Shown one piece after another: positions 54,522 through 64,000 of a stretch of DNA of 64,000 bases; the first letter of the stretch is position 1; each line of letters opens with the position of its first letter. Both the position numbers and the translations under genes were made by a program. The notes under the pieces are model-generated. The model was not told the DNA's origin, made no database searches, and worked only from the letters and a program-made list of their open reading frames with translations. This DNA is from Eledone cirrhosa. Its lineage: Eukaryota. The stretch covers positions 89,528,001 to 89,592,000 of the forward strand of contig OZ024746.1 of NCBI GenBank assembly GCA_964016885.1. Direction: 5' to 3'.

Positions 54522-55526
54522 TATATATATATATATACACACGTGCGTAAATGGACGCATAGACAATCTATTATTCCTAGACGCTATTAAACATATTAGG
54601 TCAATGGTGTTACTCATATCTTTACATATTCATATCAATCAAATTTATAGCATCTACGATCTTAGGATGCTAGAACATTATGGTATCGGCAATGGCTGTG
54701 TGGACAACACATAACATAAGGGAAGATATAAATGCCATAATCTACCAGACTTTAATTTGAAAATTTCTGTCATATTGCGTATCAGCTTAATGTCAAGAAA
54801 GTAAATAATGGTGTATTGATTAACATATAATAGTCTCTTTTTTCATGGATTCTTACATTAATAAGTAAAGCGAAATGAAAATGTATGTGCCATAGAGACT
54901 CCTTTTCTGATAATGTTTCTTATGTCATATATGTTGATACTGAAGAACATCAACTGCATTCCCATTGTTCATCGAAACTTAAGCTAACCACAAATAAACA
55001 TAATTCTTATAATTGCAAGCTGAAGAACGTTCAGTTTATATGATAGTTAAGTAATGAGTATGAAGCCACCTAAATGTCTTCAAATAATTTGTTCTACTTC
55101 TTCGTATTAATTGAATTTCGACTATGATACCATACTAACATTCGTCATCTCTCAACAATAATATTAATATACCTATGATTTGGTACGTTTCATTAACCCA
55201 TGTACAAAAACAATAGCATCAATATCAATAGAGATAATATAGCTTTAGAAACAGTATCCCCTTCTTTTATATATCGTCATGATTATAGGATTATAGAGCC
55301 TGACTTCTTGATAACAATGACTTACCTAAACATCTCAGGTGAATTAGCATATACGTGTTAATCTCATACAATAACAGTAAAATGGAGAGGTTGTTACTTT
55401 GTTTTGTTCCTCTTTTCACTATTAATATTATTATTACAATGAATGCATCTATCATTTCTACTTGGTTCTGTATTCTTCTTCTTCTTCTTCTTCTTCTTCT
55501 TCTTCTTCTTCTTCTTCTTCTTCTTC

Positions 55527-56225
55527 TCCCATCGTCTTGCGAGTGTCGTGGAGGCAGAGTCCGTAAACCCTCCTTCCAGCTTGTCATATAAGAAGCAACC
55601 GTCTTCAGCTAGTCCGGTTGTATCTCCAGGCGACAGCAAACAAGCTCATGAATATTATCCCGACCATATTGCGCTGGGTTAACTATCGGTTGGTTTTTGT
55701 CTGTAAAATATGTCCAGGGATTCCTTTCTGAGTCAATTTAACCACATGCCCATGGTATCAGAGCTCTGATCTCTGACATCTTGGATTCAGAGGCTTTACC
55801 TAAAGTTACTCTCTGATCTACGAGCTACGCAATTTATTGAGTGACCTTACTCCAACGACCCTTCGGAAGAAACAACATTTCGGCCGCTTATATACGCGGT
55901 CGTATTCTTTCAGGCATTGCCCGAGATTCATGACCACAGAAATAGGTTGGCACGAATACCGAATTGAATATAGTGAGTTTAGCGTTTAGAGTTTAGCGTA
56001 ATCCTCTGATCACTGAATGCTGAAGCAGGCGCATTACTGCGCCTGCTGCTGAAATTCGCGCACTTAATTCAGCCTTTTGTCTTTCATCAATTTTAAACGA
56101 GGCGCGGGGATGCGTAAAATACTAAATCTGCTTCAGTGGAACGCCACTCATATATGGTGCGCACTGCGCAGGCATCCCTGAAAAGACGAGTGTCTCAGTT
56201 TTCCCCGCGCTGATTTTCATCCTAG
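55527..56225 (-). mobile_element. RTE-clade LINE 3' part with (GAA)n tail
   Basis: - strand GMKISAGKTE..., ARISAAGAVMR and further RTE C-terminal motifs; tail (CTT)n at 55474-55526. Confidence 0.8.
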
Positions 56226-56234
56226 ACATGCATC

Positions 56235-56500
56235 ACTTGGGAATATTGCCAAGAGGAATATTCTTGTTTTGTCGACATTGAAAATGCATATGACCGCGTT
56301 CCGAGGAACCTTCCCTGGAAGAATCTGATGGAGTATAGATTTGATGTTGAGCTTCTTGCTGCTTTGATGTCTCTATACGTATGCTCGTATAGATGTATTT
56401 GTGTTCGGGTAAATGGTACTAAATCAAAGGCAATCACTGTGGGAATCTGACTCCACCCAGAGAGCCTACTATTAATTCTTCAGTTTATTATTTACATGCA
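56235..56500 (+). mobile_element. inverted 5' segment of the same RTE LINE (RT domain)
   Basis: + strand CFVDIENAYDRVPR..LMEY..LLAALMSLY..CVRVNGTKS..FIIYM matches the RTE reverse transcriptase N-terminal motifs. Confidence 0.8.
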
Positions 56501-57327
56501 CGGTTTCAATCCTCCTACCTCGAAAAGCCAGTTGAATTAGATGCGATCTGCTCATATCAATGTCACCACTCGCACCCATCTTCCATGCAACAGACTAGCG
56601 CTTACCCTAATAAAGGACCGCAGGCGAGTGGTGCAAACATATACCATAAAATAACCTTATTGAACCTTCTTAGAAACTTAATGAACCTGGTAAGCCAATT
56701 TTATTGTGGGAATTTGAGTTATAGAGAGGTACATTAATTGAAGATCCTAGAACAGATATTATTATACATGAAGTGTTATAATTATATTCCGTAATGTGAT
56801 TTCCTTCTACATAAAGATAAAGGTAACTAATTAAATTAGTTCTATAGTCTTACTACATATAATGTCATTCTTATACGTAATAATAAATTATATTGTTTAA
56901 CATCATTCGCATATATACGTGTTAATGTTATGAATTAGAAATATATTCTGAATGTAATGAATATTTTGAAAATGAAAAGAAACCTTGATATGCATAATAT
57001 TGAATAGAAAATGAATTAGATATTGCAAAACATGAAATCGTGAAGATATATTTGATTTTAAAATGTATGGCTGTATATAGTATCATTTGTGACATCGGGG
57101 TTAAGAACTGTTACCAATGCCAAATGTCCTATATCACGTGTTGCAGATGTACACACAATAGCACTAATGAACACTGATATATGGATAGAATAATCAATGT
57201 ATTACTCCTTAGGCTAGGTCTTTGCAAACGAACATTCTGCAGCAATTACTTCAAAGAAATAATGGCAGTAGAAGAGACGAAAATATTACAAGGAATATCA
57301 AAAATATATTGAATAAAACACACACAC

Positions 57328-57358
<31 letters not shown>

Positions 57359-57417
57359 CATGCGCATACATATGTATATATATATACCCATAATTACACA
57401 CACACACATAAACATAC

Positions 57418-57472
<55 letters not shown>

Positions 57473-57481
57473 CAGACGTAC

Positions 57482-57516
<35 letters not shown>

Positions 57517-57547
57517 CATAAATAAATATATATACATACAGACGTAC

Positions 57548-57600
<53 letters not shown>

Positions 57601-57650
57601 AATAAATATATATATGTACAATTATATATATATATATATACACACACGTG

Positions 57651-57699
<49 letters not shown>

Positions 57700-58008
57700 G
57701 CATAACAAAGGAAGCGCATGCAATGCAATATGAAATTAGATTAATAACAATGGAGACGATACTTATTTACCAATTTTGCCATAATCATGATTATTAATAT
57801 CTTCATCATCATATTTCACTTCAAACTTCATTTGAATGCTACACCTCTTTCTCCACTTCCCTTCTACCACATTTCTATTAATTATCTTTTCGAAATATCT
57901 TATTAAACAAGAACGTTCGTAACAATATCTTAGTAACATTTGGTATGAACATTTCATGTGTGAGTGTGTGAGTGTGTATGCGTGTATATATATATATATA
58001 TATGTATA

Positions 58009-58046
<38 letters not shown>

Positions 58047-58518
58047 TTTGTGCAGGTATATTTGTGTTATGCCGATATCTATGCAATATATCACAGTTGC
58101 ATAGCTAACATAACATCTCAATATAAAATCTTCCCTATTTCTCTATTTAATAATCAAATCAACACGTATTCATCCAATGGCTTATCTAAAAACATATCAC
58201 ATCTAAATAAAACCACAGATTTCATTCGGGTATTGCTTAACGCTGTTTGTGAATGCATATCTATTGAAGAAGCGAACCTCCAGGAATGGACTTTCATAAA
58301 GAACCAGATAGAGATGATTACAAACATCGATTGGCACCATTGACAAATACTTTTGAAGCATATGAACGATTTCTGCCTCACAAAACCAAATTCAAACGTT
58401 CTAATATATATATATATATATATATATACACACCCAAACACAAAAAAATATATATATATGTATATATGTATATTATATATACATATATATGGGTGTGTGT
58501 ATACGTATTTGACTCTCC

Positions 58519-58589
<71 letters not shown>

Positions 58590-58594
58590 AATAT

Positions 58595-58628
<34 letters not shown>

Positions 58629-58714
58629 GTAAAGAAAATAAAAAAAGAAATATCATTTCTCACTCTTAGTACGGCTGTTACTTAAATATAAGTATGTATA
58701 CAGACGTACAGTAG

Positions 58715-58773
<59 letters not shown>

Positions 58774-59690
58774 GTATATATATATATACATATATACATA
58801 TATGTATATATATATATACATACTACTGTACGTCTGTATACATATATGTGTGTACGTATAAATACTTATATATATGTATATATATATACATTCATACACA
58901 TATGTTATTTTATAACCTACGATTGTTTCCTTGCAACATTTTGTTTCACATGCAACGGCATTGTATATGTTATTTCAATGCACAAATTGTTACTGAAGGA
59001 TCTGCTGTGTGTGTTTATTCAGAAACCTACTGGAATGTTGTATACCATTGTATTGATTACTCTTATGTAATCCACTCCGAATTATTTTCACGCCTGTGAT
59101 GCTTAATGTTCCATTTCTGGAAGTCGGTAGAATGTGCAGGAATAACTCTATTCCCCTGACTCTCCTATCCTATTCCTGTCAATCTAACATTTTCTGCTTT
59201 TCAAAGATTGAAAGAATTATGTTTCCCTGCAGGTCTGGAGGATTAGAAGACGTTACTCATTGTCAAAGGAAAATCACTATCTTTCATGTATACGGTATGA
59301 ATCAGCTATTTGCGTTCCCCTTTCTAAGAAGAATCGATCATTCCGATATGTTTAAAAGAGAAATGTCAAAAACACAAAACATAAATCAGAAAAATGAAAA
59401 CAAGGATGATGTAGTTACACATATAGTATTGATTTCCCTTCTTAGAAATGCAAAACTGGTAGAACTTATTGCGAAAATACATTAAATTCACCATAAACCT
59501 CTCGTCATGAGATTTTAAATTTATATCCTGATAGTATTGAACGGATCTGAAATATTAGACTTCTTTTGATAGGAGACAGATTCAGTTCATTTTGGAATAG
59601 TTGAAAATAGATTGCGTAAGGTTCATGTATTTCCATATAGAAATAAAAGTTTTAATGTTGGGAAATATTTCCAATTAAATGTTATTAATT

Positions 59691-60061
59691 TGTGGATTGG
59701 CAGTATCGGTAGAGGGTCGGACGCCATGCTTTCCATCATAGTTACGTCCCTTTACGATCTGAGTTCAAATCCCCCCCGAGGTTGACTTTGCCTTTCATCC
59801 TTACGGGGGTCGATAAAATAAGGTACCAGTAATGCACTGGGTAATTGCTGGCCTTGTGCCTAAAGTAGAAACAATTATTTTATTGTGGATTGGCAGTATC
59901 GGTAGAGGGTCGGACGCCATGCTTTTACGCATAGAGTTACGGCCCTTTCCATTCTGAGTTCAAATCCCGCCGAGGTTAACTTTTCCTTTCATCCTTACGG
60001 GATCGATAAAATAAAGTACCAGTAATGCACTGGCCTTGTGCCAAAAGTAGAAACAATTATT
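59691..60061 (+). mobile_element. head-to-tail SINE dimer
   Basis: Two family bodies, 59691-59880 and 59884-60061. Confidence 0.9.
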
Positions 60062-61601
60062 TTAATGTGGATTCTGATTGAGTAATGTTTACTTCCCGAT
60101 AAACATTTTAGAGGGAGGATGTGTTTTCAAATTGTGCTCTATGACCAGTGCTTAATATCATATATGGAAGCAATGTAGTACCATATGTTTATATTTGTTT
60201 CAGATAGGTTAATCTCTCAATTAAATCAAGCAAATAACAAGACCAACGCTTTTATCAGCTGGGAGGGTATATGGTAATTATTCTGTTATGTGTCTCCGAT
60301 AGTAGACATGTAACGATGAATACATAGATTAGTCTTATATTACTACTCTTGTAAAAATATAGAGGATACCAAAGATGCACATGGCATGTTATCCACGAGG
60401 CGACGAAATATTTTATATCCTTTCGGATAGGATACCTCAGCCTATCCAAGTTAATATTTAATTTCCTTGAGCTGGCCAGAGGATATGGTAGAATACAATG
60501 TCAGAAAGATTCTGTATATAATGGTTGATTGCGAAATGGACTTTTAATCATACGAATTATGCAGTTTATACAGACTTATATGCAATTATATGTAAAAGAA
60601 TTTATGGTGGAACGTAAGGTTATGTACTGTACATCACAAACGAGAATAGTAATTGGATAATTTGCTCCGTATTTGTATTGATTGCTATCACAGATTTAGA
60701 ACGGAGAAGATTGCATAATAAACCTATAAGAACGTATGTTGCATGAATGAGGAACGCATGGTGTATCAATGAGAAACGGATTGTGATGATCTACGTCTTA
60801 CAGCCTCGGTAGTGAGGAAGAGTCTATTAGTGAACACAACTTATTCAGCAGCTATTTGAGTTAGTGTTGACATAATGAACGCGGATAACTGGAATGTATT
60901 AGAAATACCAACCCAGTGAGGATAAATAAAAGAATATTACTGCTACTAATAATACCTCAGAATATACATTTAAGTTTTGAATACCAACACAATGTGTATG
61001 AAGAATGTTAATTTGCCAAGATAACAAAAAATCTTACCTTAGCAAATTTAACGATCCCAAATATTTTCGGGTTTAAAAGCTCATTATCAAGGGAGACTTA
61101 AAAATCGATCGGATAAACTTGCTTGCTTGGAAGCAGGTTCTTCAACATTTAAATTTGTGTTTCCTATTAAACAATGCTTCAACCAAGCTACAAAAATCTG
61201 TTATATCGGAACATGTTTCAGAAATGTTGATTACAGAATCAACCTTTTATTATCAACGTGGCATATATCTTCCTGTCGGCGATATTGCCGAACTATTTAA
61301 TAATTCAATTTGCGTGAATGAATTACGAAGCATGTGTATGATTCTGCTCTCTAAAATATGAAATATTCTTTCTTATTGTTACTTTTACTTGATATGGAAG
61401 TTGAATAATGTTCAAATGTCTTCAAGTCATGTCGTCAAGATATCCTTATATAATCGTTAACATCCATTAATATCAAGAGTGCCTGGCAATTCTCCTTGCA
61501 GAAAGTTTTCTTCTCTAGGTTAATGGGAACAGTCCCATATGGGTTTCTGATGTAATACCACCAACTTTTTCTCACAGGGTTTCCTTGTGTATTGTTCTTA
61601 C

Positions 61602-61679
61602 CTCTGTTGTGTATTGTACCAGTAAGAGTCTGAGAAACCAGGTACACCATGCGAAATGTCATGATTATTTTGACTATTT
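61602..61679 (-). other. candidate isolated 78-nt exon
   Basis: - strand acceptor ttcttcaactgcag and donor CAGAG|gtaaga; length divisible by 3; two open frames; no protein recognised. Confidence 0.2.
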
Positions 61680-62569
61680 CTGCAGTTGAAGAACACATTG
61701 CACAACCTTATATAATCTATCTATATGTACATGATATTTGACTGCTATTTATCCAATACGAATGTTACGTGTCTTTGCAGAATCTTGTTTCTAATATGGG
61801 AATTAATATCTCTAATTTGTATTTTCCATGTAAGATGGTGAATACAATAAAGTGCACAGGAGAAAAGAGTATTCTGGTATACTTCTGGTCTACTTTTGTC
61901 ATAGGTTAATTCTTACTGAGCAGACCAATAATTAAAGGTAACCACCCCGTGAATAACACTTTTGTCTACATATCATAGTATATTGTCCAATATATTTTTC
62001 TTTACTTGGATGAGATGGTTTACTTACATGTGTGGGTTATTTGGCTGCTAGTTAATGCTAGTTGATGTTGGTGAAGCGCGTATCAAAATGGTTCGTGTCA
62101 TTCAAAACCCCGTTAAACTGTACGTAAACTGTACAATATGAATGGATAGTAATATTTACAAATATGTTGGATCACAATTATTATGCATTATAGAAATGGA
62201 TCTCAGTGCAATGGGCTTTTAGTCCTAAACATATTCAATCTAATAATATCGGATACGATGTGAGAGTGTGCGGAGAGTCGATAAATTAGTGTGAAGAGCC
62301 TTAAAACGGTACACGAAGTTGCTATCGATCGCCATGAAGAAAGGAATCCCTATATTACCCGGATACTGGATAATTTGTAAGCCATTTTATAAAATATCTG
62401 CACACGAGCACGCCATACTTTACACAAACAAACATGCACACACACATATATATATACGCACACACAAACACACACAAAGGCGCATATTGACAGTCGATCG
62501 ACTTTCGTCAAATCGGAACGAGGAAAGCATGTTTCCATTGGTCTCTCCAATTGCTGTTACTATCTATCG

Positions 62570-62708
62570 GTTGCAACTCCAGGCAGAAGGAGCAATGTGA
62601 AATAAAGTGTCTCGCTCAAGGACATAACGCATGCCTCGGTGTGGAAATTGAACTCATAACCTCAACATTGCGAATCCCATTCTCTAACCACTCAGCCACG
62701 CGCCTTCA
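62570..62708 (-). mobile_element. second tRNA-derived SINE family (head also at 1-50 on -, body at 6925-7000 on +)
   Basis: - strand gtggctgagtggttagag (A box), gagttcaatttcc (B box), then tccttgagc.agacactttatttcac, a CORE/V-like central domain. Confidence 0.75.
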
Positions 62709-62729
62709 CACACACACCAACACACACGT

Positions 62730-62835
<106 letters not shown>

Positions 62836-63084
62836 TCCACATTTAGTCGTGGTACTGGTTTCAACATTATATGCTTTTTCAACGGCGGATGTGCAAAGGG
62901 CACTCAAATTGCATATTTATACGAATAAGAATAAAAAGGAGGACAACAATTAATAGGTTTTACATTCATATGTATAGAGGAAAGTTCATGTCTCTCTCTG
63001 AGGCTACACTTCGTTCTCTACTAGTTGACCAACAGAGGTGGTAGTATCTTTAATGTTTGGTTCTGAATATATATATATATATAT

Positions 63085-63218
63085 ATAGGAAAAAGTATGA
63101 CCCCGACGGCAGAGCTCAAGCCGTGTCGACAGCTATTTCTGGACTAAATTGGAGTTTAGTCCAGAAATAGCCGTCTAAACGGCTTGAGTTCTGCCGTCGG
63201 GATCATACTTTTTCCTAT
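63085..63218. repeat. ~64-bp-arm hairpin at the 5' end of a (TA)n-flanked insert
   Basis: ataggaaaaagtatga...ggactaaa, loop ttggag, tttagtcc...tcatactttttcctat; about 5 mismatches. Confidence 0.9.
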
Positions 63219-63294
63219 TTCCCACTCTACTACCGTAAGTATTGAGTATTCTGGTGCATTAAGGTCCATCTGGTTCCTTACCACAATTCCTTTG

Positions 63295-63348
<54 letters not shown>

Positions 63349-63436
63349 TATAATATATATATAATATATATATAATATATATATAATATATATATATAAT
63401 ATATATAATATATATATATATATATGATATATATAT

Positions 63437-63493
<57 letters not shown>

Positions 63494-63514
63494 ATATATA
63501 TATATAATATATAT

Positions 63515-63573
<59 letters not shown>

Positions 63574-64000
63574 GTTTTGAATTTCCGTGCATCAGAATAT
63601 ATTTACTTCAAAATGTGCCATGAATAAAGAATATTTAGGAACCACGTAAAACTAACTAATGAAGGATTAGTGGCGAAAATGTGATAATAGTTACTAAGGT
63701 ACTAAGTTCAAACTCTAAGCTGTCTGAACCTGGCAATTGCATGTATACACTGTTAATGAGTGCGTGTCATCTGATAGATGCCTTGTTTGAATCGCCGTAT
63801 GTACCTCTGCCATCTTTTTACTGTCTCCTGGTTTTCCGTACTAGATTTTCTCAAGTATGATATATATATACCGTCTTGAGAAAACGTATTAATATTTCCT
63901 ATGCATTATACAGTTACGCTGTGGCACATATGCTGCTACATTCCAAAACATGTATATTTTCCATAAAGAGACGACCCGACTCAATGTACAGTCTATGCAA

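Noticed and set aside
59096-59485. 129-aa ORF or internal + strand exon 59233-59294
   Set aside because: No recognisable domain, non-ATG start and no supporting neighbouring exons.

Overview
AT-rich, microsatellite-saturated animal intergenic or intronic DNA. The tRNA-derived SINE families and the dense (TA)n/(CA)n tracts suggest an octopus or other coleoid cephalopod; this is inference. No intact protein-coding gene is supported, and almost all supplied ORFs are microsatellite artefacts. Decayed mobile elements are recognisable: two R4/Dong-like RLE LINE 3' ends, a Helitron helicase remnant and non-autonomous Helitron-like ends, RTE LINE fragments (one 5'-inverted), a bipartite RTE-derived non-autonomous element in several rearranged copies, a Chapaev3-like transposase relic, a Tigger-like MITE and about 20 SINE copies. 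The standout is an array at 33929-37306 of apparently identical 310-bp units: about 1.8 inverted units, then 9 direct units and a stub. Each unit carries a minimal type I hammerhead ribozyme with a palindromic stem III inside a strongly self-complementary monomer, the architecture of a non-LTR retrozyme or Penelope-like (PLE) pseudo-LTR array. At least three more unrelated hammerhead-bearing repeat families occur in (TA)n tracts of the same window, one with a compensatory U3-A8 core variant. Ribozyme calls rest on manual base-pairing only; activity and expression are untested.
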